Shown piece by piece: positions 29,804-39,229 of a stretch of DNA of 50,864 nt (positions within the stretch are counted from its first letter, which is position 1; the number at the start of each line of letters is the position of its first letter). The notes beneath the pieces were generated by a model that searched no databases, was not told where the DNA came from, and saw only the letters and a list, made by a program, of their open reading frames with translations. Made by a program: the position numbers and the translations under genes. Origin of the DNA: Candidatus Gottesmanbacteria bacterium GW2011_GWA2_43_14 (GTDB lineage Bacteria > Patescibacteriota > Microgenomatia > 2-02-FULL-39-11). Where the stretch lies: the NCBI GenBank assembly GCA_000999095.1, contig LCFP01000008.1, positions 1 to 50,864 on the forward strand, read 5' to 3'.

Positions 29804-31117
29804 ATGTATCAAAGACTTGATCCAGCCGGGATAAAATACAGTAATCGGAAAAAAAGACTGTTCAGTTTCGGCAGATTCGCCGAATGGCTGATTTTTTCCG
29901 CCGTTCTTTCGGCATTGGTTCTTATTGCCTCTCCGTACTTGCCAACAAAGAAATTTTTTTCCAGTTTCATTGTCTCTTCCGGCTCGATGGAGCCGACCAT
30001 CAGAGCAGGTTCGGTTGCCATAGTCATGCCAATTGATCCGGAACTGATTAGGGAAAAAGACGTGATTGCCTTTGAATCTCCGGAAAATTCCAGGCTGACA
30101 ATTCTTCACCGGGTTCAAAAAATTACTGTTAGCCGGAACAGCCGGCTTTTTATGACAGGAGGGGATAATAACCGTGAAGCTGACAGATGGCAGGTCAAAC
30201 CGGCGGAAATCAAAGGTCTGATGTTCTTTGCGATTCCCTTCTTAGGCCATGCGGCTGCCACTGTCAGAAATCCATGGGGTTTTTTACTGCTGATTGGGGT
30301 TCCGGCTCTGGTTTTGGGTTTTTTCCAGATCAGGGAAATTGCGGCAGGAATTGAAGAAGAAGCCAGGAAACGGGCATATAATTTAAGTCTTTTTATTGGA
30401 GCGGCACTGCTTGCCGGTTTCAGCCTCAATCCCTTTTTCGCCCGGACTATTGTCGCCATCTTCAGTTCTACGGCAACTGTTTCCGGAATTTCCATCACTT
30501 CCCGGGATTTCGCTCCGCCTCCTGCACCCCTGCTTTTGTCGCCTGAGGATAATATTGTCCGGGAGACCCAAGGTTTGGTCATGGACTGGTCTGACGTTTC
30601 CGATTACGAAAATATGAGCCCGCCGGTTTATTATATTTACCAGAGCACCCATAACAGTGGTTTTTCGCCGCTTGCCTACCAGTCAGGACAACTGTCAGCT
30701 TCGCAAATTCCGGCTCCGGGCACGCCTGACGGAGTCTACTTTTGGCGGGTCAAGGCTTGTGATCAGCTGCACAACTGCAGTCCCTGGAGTGAGGTAAGGA
30801 AAGCCACCATTGATTCCCGGCCGCCGCTTCTTTCATCCTCCCGATCAGAGGACGGCCTGACAGTCATTTATACTTTAAGCAGGCTTTCGCGTTTTGCCTC
30901 CTATAATTACATACTGTCTTACGACACTGACAGTTTGCCGCAGGCGTATGAGGGAACAGTTATCCTGTCAGGACAAAACGAAGATGGAAAAAGCTTCTAT
31001 TTAGGTACCTATTCGCCGCCGGATTACACACCACATACCGGAATTCACAACTTAAAGCTGAAAATAGATGTTTACAGCCCAGCCGGTACTCATTACCCTC
31101 TGGAGGTTGACTTATGA
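29804..31117 (+). CDS. sipW: Signal peptidase I of the SipW/archaeal type, with a C-terminal extracellular extension of about 250 aa
   Basis: 437 aa. Peptidase motifs are SSGSMEPTIRAGS (catalytic Ser), ILHRV (His) and GGDNNREAD. A second TM is FLLLIGVPALVLGFF. The extension contains an Fn3-like motif, GVYFWRVKACDQLHNCSPWS. Confidence 0.8.
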   Translation: MYQRLDPAGIKYSNRKKRLFSFGRFAEWLIFSAVLSALVLIASPYLPTKKFFSSFIVSSGSMEPTIRAGSVAIVMPIDPELIREKDVIAFESPENSRLTILHRVQKITVSRNSRLFMTGGDNNREADRWQVKPAEIKGLMFFAIPFLGHAAATVRNPWGFLLLIGVPALVLGFFQIREIAAGIEEEARKRAYNLSLFIGAALLAGFSLNPFFARTIVAIFSSTATVSGISITSRDFAPPPAPLLLSPEDNIVRETQGLVMDWSDVSDYENMSPPVYYIYQSTHNSGFSPLAYQSGQLSASQIPAPGTPDGVYFWRVKACDQLHNCSPWSEVRKATIDSRPPLLSSSRSEDGLTVIYTLSRLSRFASYNYILSYDTDSLPQAYEGTVILSGQNEDGKSFYLGTYSPPDYTPHTGIHNLKLKIDVYSPAGTHYPLEVDL

Positions 31118-32058
31118 AATTTCTGCTTTTCTTTTTCTTCCTGTTTTCTGTTTTTTTGCCGAAAGACGTTATGGCCTCTGATCTGGATTTGACCTGCAAT
31201 GACTCGGGCTGCACTCCGGCTACAGTCAGCGATTTTTTCCCGGCTGACAAGTGGTATCCGGGCAAAGAAATCGTCAAGACATTCCGTATTCAAAACACCT
31301 CCGGCTCAAAAAAACAGGCAGCTCTCGGCAGTTACGATGAGTCCTCAACCGGCGGCATGCCCGGGGCGATGAGCCTGACTGTCCAAAGCGTGCCTTCCTT
31401 AAACACTATCTGGACAGGCACATTTGAGGAGGTGTTTGCCAATGATGAGATATCGCTTGGGGAGATTGAAGCATCGGAAGTTAAAGACTACCGCCTGGTT
31501 CTGGTAATGGATGAATCATCCGGCAATAATCTGCAGGATCAGTCCCTGTCTTTCAGTTTGAAAATCGGCCTGTTGGAAGCAGCTGAAAGTCCTACTTCCA
31601 CCCCACCTTCGCCCAGCCTGACACCTACACCCCCCGGAGGCCAACCTGTTTCTGCATTTTCCCGTTTTGTCATAAGGACAGCCTTAAACAGATCAGTTGT
31701 AACGATTGCCCCCGCGCCGGTTCTCGGGGTTGAGGAGGCCAGGCAGATCAGGCCGGTTTTTAATTCCATTTCTCCCTGGCTGTCGCCGCTATTCCGGGGA
31801 GTTTCCTGCCATATTTCCTATTGGGGTTTGATAGGCTTTGCCATACAGTTGCTTTTGTCCTTAACGTTTGTCAAGATCTACCGCAGGAAAAATTTTCAGA
31901 TTATCGCCCTGGCTTTGGCATTGTTTATGGTGCTGACCGTGGCTTACGCTTTAAACAGCACCTGTTTTTCCTTCCTGCCCTTATTCTGGCTGGGCTTGGG
32001 TATTTTGTCATTGTCCGTTTATCTGGTTATCCTCTCCCATGCTTCTGTCAAAGCATGA
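31114..32058 (+). CDS. Secreted protein (possibly TasA-like) with a Pro/Thr linker and a multi-helix C-terminal membrane anchor
   Basis: 314 aa. The signal peptide is MKFLLFFFFLFSVFLPKDVMA. WYPGKEIVKTFRIQNTSG resembles the TasA-family strand motif. The linker is STPPSPSLTPTPPGG, and about three hydrophobic helices lie at the C-terminus. It overlaps the sipW stop by 4 nt. Confidence 0.5.
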   Translation: MKFLLFFFFLFSVFLPKDVMASDLDLTCNDSGCTPATVSDFFPADKWYPGKEIVKTFRIQNTSGSKKQAALGSYDESSTGGMPGAMSLTVQSVPSLNTIWTGTFEEVFANDEISLGEIEASEVKDYRLVLVMDESSGNNLQDQSLSFSLKIGLLEAAESPTSTPPSPSLTPTPPGGQPVSAFSRFVIRTALNRSVVTIAPAPVLGVEEARQIRPVFNSISPWLSPLFRGVSCHISYWGLIGFAIQLLLSLTFVKIYRRKNFQIIALALALFMVLTVAYALNSTCFSFLPLFWLGLGILSLSVYLVILSHASVKA

Positions 32059-32088
32059 GGTTTTCTTCTGTGTTATACTCACAGGCTG

Positions 32089-33408
32089 ATGGGCGGATTA
32101 TTGGAAAGACTGCGGCCTGTCCTTAACAATTTAGGCTTTATCCCTGGTGCTTCCCCTGATGATCGGCTTAACCTCACTCGCCGGGACTTTCTCAGACTGG
32201 CTGGATTAACAGCAGCAGGCCTTGGCGCTAAGAAGCTTAGCAGATTAGGTATTCCTGAAGCTCAGGCAGCCGAAGAATGGCCTCCGGAGACGGTCAAATG
32301 GAAGATGGATCCTGAAAAGGGGATCAGCCAGTTCACCGCCTGGGAGGAAAATTACCCCGATGACCCGTTTCCCGGTATTATGGAATTCACTACCGACCCC
32401 AAGGGTATGTTTACGGAAAGAGGCCTTTGGAGCAATATTGCCGCTGATTTAACCGTACCGGACTGGGATGGGTTGAAAGATATCCTCTGGCCGAAAAACA
32501 TCAGGTTGAATGATTTCATCTTTATGATCGAAGATTATCCGGCAGGACTAGTGGTTGCCAAAGAATATATTGAAGCTCATTTAAATGACATGGTGGCTGT
32601 GCCTCCGGCAGGCCCGTACAGGGATGCTTTTATAGAATTATATGCGGATATCGCCGTTCGGCAATTGGAAAGAATTTATCCGCCGCCGATGGCAGATTTT
32701 GAACAGGCGGTGGAGGTACCTGCCAGGGTGGAAATGGACTTCTGGTTAGGTAACCAATGGGAAACTGCAGGCGGACAATCCGCTGAATTCGGTGACAATA
32801 TGGCATTTTTAAATGTTCTGTCTGTTTTTGACACCGTGGGTGCGGACACTTATTATCCGATCGCCTTAATAAATTTAGCCGGATCACCGGGTAATTTTAA
32901 ACTGCAGTGCAGGTCTTCAGGGGATGCCAGACCCGACGGCATCCAAACAGAAGACACGATGCTGGAATTAACCTTGGAGGGTAACAGCCGGCCGATAGGT
33001 TTGGACAGCAAAATAAGCCTGCGCTGCGAATTATGGCCGGGTGATGACAGGGGATTTTTCGTTTATGTCAAAGACGAAGAATACAGTCCGGAATTTGTCT
33101 TATATGCAGCGGGCCAATATTCCGGGGCAGCTGCTCCCAAGATAGAAAGCATACATTCCGGCCTTTATCACGGCTGGGTAAATCACGACCATAAACTGAA
33201 GAAAGGCAGTATATTTCTGGGCGGATTGACAGTCTCCAGCAATCCCGATGCGACGCTTCCCACACCTATACCCACACCCACATCAACTGTAACTGTTACC
33301 GCAACTGTTTCTCCGACTGAGTCTCCCAGCCCTACACCAAGCCCGACCCCTATGCCGCCCGAAAAGCAATATAAAATCAGCATTCCTCTGGGAATGAATA
33401 AACCCTGA
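32089..33408 (+). CDS. Tat-signal secreted protein, function unknown, with a Pro/Thr-rich C-terminus
   Basis: 439 aa. The Tat signal is LTRRDFLRLAGLTAAGLGA, and the C-terminus is PTPIPTPTSTVTVTATVSPTESPSPTPSPTP. Confidence 0.7.
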   Translation: MGGLLERLRPVLNNLGFIPGASPDDRLNLTRRDFLRLAGLTAAGLGAKKLSRLGIPEAQAAEEWPPETVKWKMDPEKGISQFTAWEENYPDDPFPGIMEFTTDPKGMFTERGLWSNIAADLTVPDWDGLKDILWPKNIRLNDFIFMIEDYPAGLVVAKEYIEAHLNDMVAVPPAGPYRDAFIELYADIAVRQLERIYPPPMADFEQAVEVPARVEMDFWLGNQWETAGGQSAEFGDNMAFLNVLSVFDTVGADTYYPIALINLAGSPGNFKLQCRSSGDARPDGIQTEDTMLELTLEGNSRPIGLDSKISLRCELWPGDDRGFFVYVKDEEYSPEFVLYAAGQYSGAAAPKIESIHSGLYHGWVNHDHKLKKGSIFLGGLTVSSNPDATLPTPIPTPTSTVTVTATVSPTESPSPTPSPTPMPPEKQYKISIPLGMNKP

Positions 33409-33439
33409 TTTTTCTCTCCCCACCGGATGCCGAAATAAA

Positions 33440-34324
33440 CTAAGGTTCCACCCTTTTTTCCCATTCTTTACCCAGGCGATGAAAAGCCCTGGCTTTGAGC
33501 GATTTGACTGCTCCTTCTTTTATACCCATAATTTTGCCGATCGTTTCATTTTTTTTATCTTCATTCACCTGTCTGGTAACAATTTCCAAAAATAATATTG
33601 TTTGGAATCTGACCGGTAATCCGGAAAAAATTTCCCCGAACCGCCGTCTTTCCTCTTCAGCAATCGTTCTCCTTTCCAAATATTCATTTCCCTCAATTGT
33701 CTTGGCAGCAGAATATAGGTTAAAGGGAAGTTCTTCCATGGAATATTCAGGATTTCTAAAGTAGTCTCTCCTGTAATTAAACAATAAATTGCGGGCGATT
33801 CTGTAAAGCCAGGGCAGATGGGGGTTATCCAGTTCGGAATCCGGATTAAATGCGGCAAATCTGTTATGAGCCCGGAAAAAAACTTCCTGGGTAAGTTCTT
33901 CAATTTGGTCTTTGTTCAAAAGCCTGATTCTGTAATATTTCGCAATCAGAGGATTGTTCAACTCAAATACGGCGGTAAATTCTTCCTTTTGTTTATCAGA
34001 GAGGGGCAATCCGAATTTGCTTTTGTCTTCACTGACTACCACGGCAGCGCTTTGATTTTCTTCGATCATTCCTGCAAGATAAGCACCGGCAGCAACAGCC
34101 GCGGCGCCTACGGCCGCGAAAATTACTGCCTTGCGACCTGAAACCGGAAACAGGTTTTTTCCGCTTAAATAATCGGCAAATCTGCTGAATACTCCCTTTT
34201 CCATTCCTAAAGTCAGGGTTTCACCTTGCAGATCAGTGAAAGGCATTTCCAGAATGATTTGCTGTTCCGGAGGCAGTTCTCTGTTGAGAGGAATTTGGCC
34301 TGGTAACTTTTCCGTATCAGGCAT
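33440..34324 (-). CDS. ECF-type sigma-70 family factor with an N-terminal extension of about 90 aa
   Basis: Region 2 is LTQEVFFRAHNRFAAF...LPWLYRIARNLLFNYRRD. Region 4 is LPVRFQTILFLEIV...ETIGKIMGIKEGAVKSLKARAFHRL. The extension contains a hydrophobic stretch AVIFAAVGAAAVAAGAYLAGMI. Confidence 0.75.
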   Translation of the reverse strand: MPDTEKLPGQIPLNRELPPEQQIILEMPFTDLQGETLTLGMEKGVFSRFADYLSGKNLFPVSGRKAVIFAAVGAAAVAAGAYLAGMIEENQSAAVVVSEDKSKFGLPLSDKQKEEFTAVFELNNPLIAKYYRIRLLNKDQIEELTQEVFFRAHNRFAAFNPDSELDNPHLPWLYRIARNLLFNYRRDYFRNPEYSMEELPFNLYSAAKTIEGNEYLERRTIAEEERRRFGEIFSGLPVRFQTILFLEIVTRQVNEDKKNETIGKIMGIKEGAVKSLKARAFHRLGKEWEKRVEP

Positions 34325-34406
34325 AAATTAAGTGGATTATACTTAAGTCTAGCCGACAGAATCAAATTCCGGTATTTATCGGCATCATATAAGTTATCAT
34401 GGAATA

Positions 34407-34991
34407 ATGTTTCGGTTAAAGGAAATAATTCACAAGGCTTTACTATCTGTTGATGCCTGGCTGGATATCTACCGCAAGCCCGGGGAAAGCCTTTTGTCTT
34501 CATGGTTTATGAAACTCTATACTCTTTTGGAAAACGAAAGTGAAAAAGGCAATATAAATGAAAAGATATGGTACCGGAAACCCGGGGAAATGGAGCTGAC
34601 GGAAGAGCAAAACGATTCGCCGCTTTATAAAATAAGGACCCTACTTTTGCCGGAGGTTACAAGTGGCGGGAAAAAATATTGGCCGCAAATATCCGAAGTA
34701 ACCATGGTTTCGGAATTCGCAACAGAAGGCACTCCCGAGGTTCAGACTTGGAGGTTGAATTTAGTCCTGTTTGATGAAAAAGGGAATAATGCCTGGCCGG
34801 AAATGACTTTCAGCCGCAACCGCTATAATTCAGCCGGAAAGGACGGGGGACAGCCGGAGATGACTCAAAAGCATGAAATAAGTTACAGCGAAGGCCGCAA
34901 TTTGACGGCCTACGAAGTGAAATTAATCAAGTCGATTTTTGATTTGAGCCGGGAAGCGCAAATATCAAAAAATCAGGACCGCTTCGGATAA
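34407..34991 (+). CDS. Hypothetical protein
   Basis: 194-aa ORF with no motif recognised. Confidence 0.55.
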   Translation: MFRLKEIIHKALLSVDAWLDIYRKPGESLLSSWFMKLYTLLENESEKGNINEKIWYRKPGEMELTEEQNDSPLYKIRTLLLPEVTSGGKKYWPQISEVTMVSEFATEGTPEVQTWRLNLVLFDEKGNNAWPEMTFSRNRYNSAGKDGGQPEMTQKHEISYSEGRNLTAYEVKLIKSIFDLSREAQISKNQDRFG

Positions 34992-35923
34992 GCACTATTT
35001 ATGATAGCCCCGGCGGTATAACCGTCAGGAAGCCTCCCGAGAAATTCAATCAGTTTTTCCATGGCAATTCTGGGTCCGTCTATAAGTTCACTCCCCTTTA
35101 GAAAATCATAAATTTCATGTTGAAGTTGCCTGAAATCCCAAATTTGCGTAAATTCGGCAGGGATGAGGTGGGAGAAGCCTTGATGTCCGGCAAAAATATC
35201 TCTGAGCGTCCGGGAGGTAGTCTCAAGCTGCTTCAGCAAATCACGGCCGTTTTCCAGTGTTTCCCTGGTCTGGAAATCGGAATGAAAAAGGGGAATACCA
35301 ATCTTTTCCAACAGACTCATGTCTGTTTGCGCCCGGGCTAATATATCCGGGTAAAAATTTTCGCTGTTATCCATTTTTATCCGCACAACAAGTTGGTGCA
35401 ATAGAAGCATCCGCTTCCTGTTTTGGATCAAGGCGCTTATTTTTTTATATTTTGGAGACCCGGATTCCTCTTCTTTTTCAATACTTTTTCCAAAAAGATA
35501 AAGTGTCTGGCTGACTTCGCGGTCAGTCAGTACCTGCAATAGGGGATCCGGCAATGAAATTAAATCAAGAGATTTTAATAGTGATTGCTGCTCCGGCGCG
35601 TATTGCCTGACTGCTTTTATTTTCTCTTCGTCCTTAAAAGTAACTTTGAGGCCCCGGAAACTTATTTCCATCATTGACGGAATTATCACTGAAGCTGTTT
35701 TTTGGAATCCGCTGAGTTTTTCCAGAACAGTAGCCCAGGAATTGTCAGGCGATACTGCTTCTGACAGAAGATAATCAGCACTTTTTACATTGGATAAGCG
35801 GAAATCCGCCAGCCCCAGTTTAGTTAAACGGAACAGGTCAGGAGCGTCAGATCTGTCTGCAGGCGTTAGTTTAATACCTTTGTTTTCCTCCAACTGATTC
35901 ATTTGAGTATTGAATTTTATCAT
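34973..35923 (-). CDS. Hypothetical protein
   Basis: 316-aa ORF with no motif recognised. It converges on the previous ORF with a 19-nt overlap. Confidence 0.6.
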   Translation of the reverse strand: MIKFNTQMNQLEENKGIKLTPADRSDAPDLFRLTKLGLADFRLSNVKSADYLLSEAVSPDNSWATVLEKLSGFQKTASVIIPSMMEISFRGLKVTFKDEEKIKAVRQYAPEQQSLLKSLDLISLPDPLLQVLTDREVSQTLYLFGKSIEKEEESGSPKYKKISALIQNRKRMLLLHQLVVRIKMDNSENFYPDILARAQTDMSLLEKIGIPLFHSDFQTRETLENGRDLLKQLETTSRTLRDIFAGHQGFSHLIPAEFTQIWDFRQLQHEIYDFLKGSELIDGPRIAMEKLIEFLGRLPDGYTAGAIINSAYPKRS

Positions 35924-35997
35924 AAGCAGACACCTCTTTTGTTACTCTTACATTTCCTGTGCCGGTTTTAAACATCCTGATGGGAAAATATCAGTTC

Positions 35998-36735
35998 ATG
36001 AAAAGAATAGGTGTGATGATAGGACTTTTGTATTTGCTTCTTTTAGCGGGGATGACAGGCAAGGCAGAAGCAGCAGATGTCAGGGACAATCAGGTGAGGG
36101 AAGTCGCCAGGGCAAACAGCAGTGATTATCACCGCACGGGCCAGGCAGGGGCTTCGCCTGATGCGCCGGCCCAGGCGGGACTTTTGGATTTATCAATTGC
36201 TTCGCCTATACTCATTGCAGACGTCAAAGCGCCGGAAAAAGAAGTTAAACCGGCGAAAGAAAGTTCCGCTCCTTCGACAGATTCCGGCCCGCAGAATACT
36301 CCGCAGGGCAATCCTTTAACTCAGCCGGAACCGCTGCAACCCCAGCCGGTTGTCAACGGAATTGAACCGCCTCCGCAACTGCTGAAAGTTGAAACTCCGG
36401 CAGAAACTGCTGAAACTTCTGAACCGCAAACTGTGGTTTATTATGTCTATCCCGAAGATTATTATGATCAGTTTTCCTCAGTTCCCGCCGAAACGAATCA
36501 ATTAGCCTATCAGCCGCCGCCGGTTGCCGGCTCGTTTGATCAGGTAGCAGGGGAATGGGAAAGTCAGGTCGAAGCAAGTGTCGAATACCCATATGAACCG
36601 CTGGCCAAACCGCTGACTCAGGTTAAAACTCAGGAGCAGGGACTCTGGTACCCGGCCCTTTTGCCCGTTCTGCCCGTTGCCCTCTGGTACTTGAGGAAAT
36701 TACGCAGACTTGCACAATTCCTGGAAAGAGAATAA
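35998..36735 (+). CDS. Secreted Pro/Gln-rich protein with a C-terminal hydrophobic anchor
   Basis: The ATG at 35998 gives the signal peptide MKRIGVMIGLLYLLLLAGMTGKAEA. The central region is low-complexity and P/Q/E-rich. The C-terminus is WYPALLPVLPVALWYLRKLRRL. Confidence 0.6.
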   Translation: MKRIGVMIGLLYLLLLAGMTGKAEAADVRDNQVREVARANSSDYHRTGQAGASPDAPAQAGLLDLSIASPILIADVKAPEKEVKPAKESSAPSTDSGPQNTPQGNPLTQPEPLQPQPVVNGIEPPPQLLKVETPAETAETSEPQTVVYYVYPEDYYDQFSSVPAETNQLAYQPPPVAGSFDQVAGEWESQVEASVEYPYEPLAKPLTQVKTQEQGLWYPALLPVLPVALWYLRKLRRLAQFLERE

Positions 36736-36745
36736 TTCTTACGTT

Positions 36746-37879
36746 CTATTCATTGACGGCAATTGTCTTGTTGAATTCTCCCGCAAATTGACCCCTAGGG
36801 TATTGATTGGCCTGTCTGAATAATTCCAAAGCTTGAGTTTTAAATTCAGCCACCCGGGTAATTGCCGGAGGTTTTCCGCAACTTTCAGTTAATTTCTGAC
36901 TGCGTAACACTTTTCTGCCTCCCCAGCCGGCAGGCTGTTCCAGGATGTATTTTACTTCGACAACTCCGCGTTTATTTCTGCCCTGTTCCCTTATCATCTG
37001 GCTGCAGCTGTGGCACGGTTCAAATAATGAATAGACGACAGGTTCAAAGGTTATTTTCTTCATCTCTATTTGTTTATATCCCATGCCGTTCATTGCCGTC
37101 AGAGCCATATGTTCAGCATGCCCGTCAAATCCTTCCCCCTGCGCCCTGTTTTTATTCCTGGAAATTATCACCGGTCCTAATCTGCCGGTAGGTTCTATTA
37201 AAGCAGCATAGGGGTAGCGTCCTTCATCCAAACTTTTTTGAGCGGCATACAGTATTAATTTCCAATACTCGTTTTCCTGGTCATGTGCCGGATTTGCTGC
37301 TTCATCCGGCGGAACCGGAACCCGCAGATCACCCTTTTCGGAAATAACCGTCCTTTTCAGATACTCCGGACCTTTTCTGCGGTCCAGGGCAATACCCGCC
37401 TGGACGTACATAGGCTCCCCACTATTCATATTCCATCTGGCGATGATAAAAGGTGCGTTGGAATCCGCAGGATATGGACGGCAAACAAGACGGTTGAAAT
37501 ATACTCTGCGTGAATTTTGAATTACTAATTTCCCGTCAATCTCCTGAAAAACTCTCGGGGTCGGCATGTCAAAGACACTCTGAGTTTCCAGTCTTAAACT
37601 TGCGAGTATATTATGGTAAAGATCTAATATGCCCAAATTCCTGTCTTTCAGAAATAGGGTATTTCCGGGACTTGCTTCTGAAAATAAGTTTTTAGGAAGA
37701 TCAGTGATACTTGAAGAAACTGATTGAAATAATCCGTTGTACATTTTTAAAACTGCCTCCAGTTGCTTTGGGTCTAAAAAAGGATATTGTTCCATAAACT
37801 GATCAGTTGCGGCGGTTAAAGCGTTATCCGCAGTTGTAGTTATTGGCAGTCCGCTTCTTGCTTCAAAAGTTTTTGTCAT
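36746..37879 (-). CDS. Zinc-dependent nucleotide/nucleic-acid deaminase (CDA fold, HAE...PCxxC) with an unassigned N-terminal domain of about 200 aa
   Basis: 377 aa. GFDGHAEHMALTAM and LFEPCHSCSQMI lie about 30 aa apart. The start lies 2 nt after the stop of the upstream wHTH gene. Confidence 0.7.
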   Translation of the reverse strand: MTKTFEARSGLPITTTADNALTAATDQFMEQYPFLDPKQLEAVLKMYNGLFQSVSSSITDLPKNLFSEASPGNTLFLKDRNLGILDLYHNILASLRLETQSVFDMPTPRVFQEIDGKLVIQNSRRVYFNRLVCRPYPADSNAPFIIARWNMNSGEPMYVQAGIALDRRKGPEYLKRTVISEKGDLRVPVPPDEAANPAHDQENEYWKLILYAAQKSLDEGRYPYAALIEPTGRLGPVIISRNKNRAQGEGFDGHAEHMALTAMNGMGYKQIEMKKITFEPVVYSLFEPCHSCSQMIREQGRNKRGVVEVKYILEQPAGWGGRKVLRSQKLTESCGKPPAITRVAEFKTQALELFRQANQYPRGQFAGEFNKTIAVNE

Positions 37880-37881
37880 AC

Positions 37882-39111
37882 TTACCCGAAGATAAACCCT
37901 TTCCTTTTGGCTGTTTTGAGAAGTGAATTATCGATCCCAAGCACGGTCAATTTTTGGCGTAACCGGTAAGCCAATCTGTCTATTGCCCAGTCTGAGTATT
38001 TTTCCTCCCAGCTGTCCTTCCAGATGGCTTTTGCTAGATCATTGCGGGTCACGATTTTTTTGGAATTTTTTATCAATATACTTAAAAAGACTTTTTCATT
38101 GTAAGTCAGCTCATTGGAAATATCCCTGTTTTCCAAAAAAACTGCATTATCTCTGGAAGTTAACTTTTTAGCTTTATTTTCCCTGTCAATTATATGATTA
38201 AATATTGGCAGCCCCAGATCATTTTTCCCGGATATAAGTCTTATTTTTTTCAAATAATCATATTCCGGCCGGTTTTCCGCATCTTTAAAAAGTTGTTTGT
38301 TTGCCGCCTTTTTCAGGATGGTTTTTTGGGTTTCAGTCAGTTTGTCCCAGACGACTATCGCTTTATTCATTACCTGCTCATCCTTAACGGCTGATTCGAT
38401 TTTCTGTTTCGGATTATCACGGAAATATCTCAATATAGCCGAAATTATCCACAAATACCCTCCCGATAAATCCAGGATTTCATTTTCCAGTTTTTTACTT
38501 ATCGTCAAATTCCATAATTCCCTTTGGTATTTGATAAATTGCCGGGAATCGCTGCGGTTATACAAAGGATATTTAATGATGTTGTCGAAAATTAAAGAAC
38601 ACTTATCGGTCAGCTGTCTGTAATCAGGGTGGGTGATGTCTGATTCGAAAAAGCAGACGACCGAAAAGTTCCTGGCGTCCTGCAGGATTTTTTCCAGAAA
38701 AAGAAGCTCCCGGAATACGGGATCTTCCAGGGTTGGGGAAAGGCGGGAGATAAACAAAGCGATTTCATAGCCTTTGTCAGCTACATATTTTATGTATGAA
38801 TTGACGTCATTATTTTCCGGCAACCGGATATTTCTCGCTCGGCAAAGGCCATCCAGGGATTCCCTGATCGTATGGTCAAATGATTGGTTGTAAGGCAAGT
38901 GTATGAGAAGATATTTCCGGTAATAAGGACCCAGATACTTTTTCAGAATTTTAGGATTTTCGAGAATTTCAGATAGCCGGTACTCGCAATCATCCTGGAG
39001 CTGGATGACAGAACCGGATTCCCCGTACCGCACGATATTCAGCCACTTACGGGCATTCTCCAAGGTTGTTTCGGGAGTAATCGGTGGTTGTTTAGTCTGT
39101 CTGTATGCCAT
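37882..39111 (-). CDS. OmpR/PhoB-type winged-helix DNA-binding protein with a large non-receiver N-terminal domain
   Basis: 409 aa. The C-terminus LTYNEKVFLSILIKNSKKIVTRNDLAKAIW...WAIDRLAYRLRQKL...LLKTAKRKGFIF matches the trans_reg_C pattern. The N-terminal ~320 aa have no Walker A. LSGGYLWIISAIL resembles a STAND/AAA helical-lid motif. Confidence 0.65.
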   Translation of the reverse strand: MAYRQTKQPPITPETTLENARKWLNIVRYGESGSVIQLQDDCEYRLSEILENPKILKKYLGPYYRKYLLIHLPYNQSFDHTIRESLDGLCRARNIRLPENNDVNSYIKYVADKGYEIALFISRLSPTLEDPVFRELLFLEKILQDARNFSVVCFFESDITHPDYRQLTDKCSLIFDNIIKYPLYNRSDSRQFIKYQRELWNLTISKKLENEILDLSGGYLWIISAILRYFRDNPKQKIESAVKDEQVMNKAIVVWDKLTETQKTILKKAANKQLFKDAENRPEYDYLKKIRLISGKNDLGLPIFNHIIDRENKAKKLTSRDNAVFLENRDISNELTYNEKVFLSILIKNSKKIVTRNDLAKAIWKDSWEEKYSDWAIDRLAYRLRQKLTVLGIDNSLLKTAKRKGFIFG

Positions 39112-39229
39112 ATTCCTAAAAAGTTTGTCAGGATTATAGCAGAAAGAGCAAATCCTGACAAAAAAATGTCAGAAATCCTGTCAAGCAGGATTCGGAAGAA
39201 AGATTAAAATCCTATAGTGGAGATTTACC

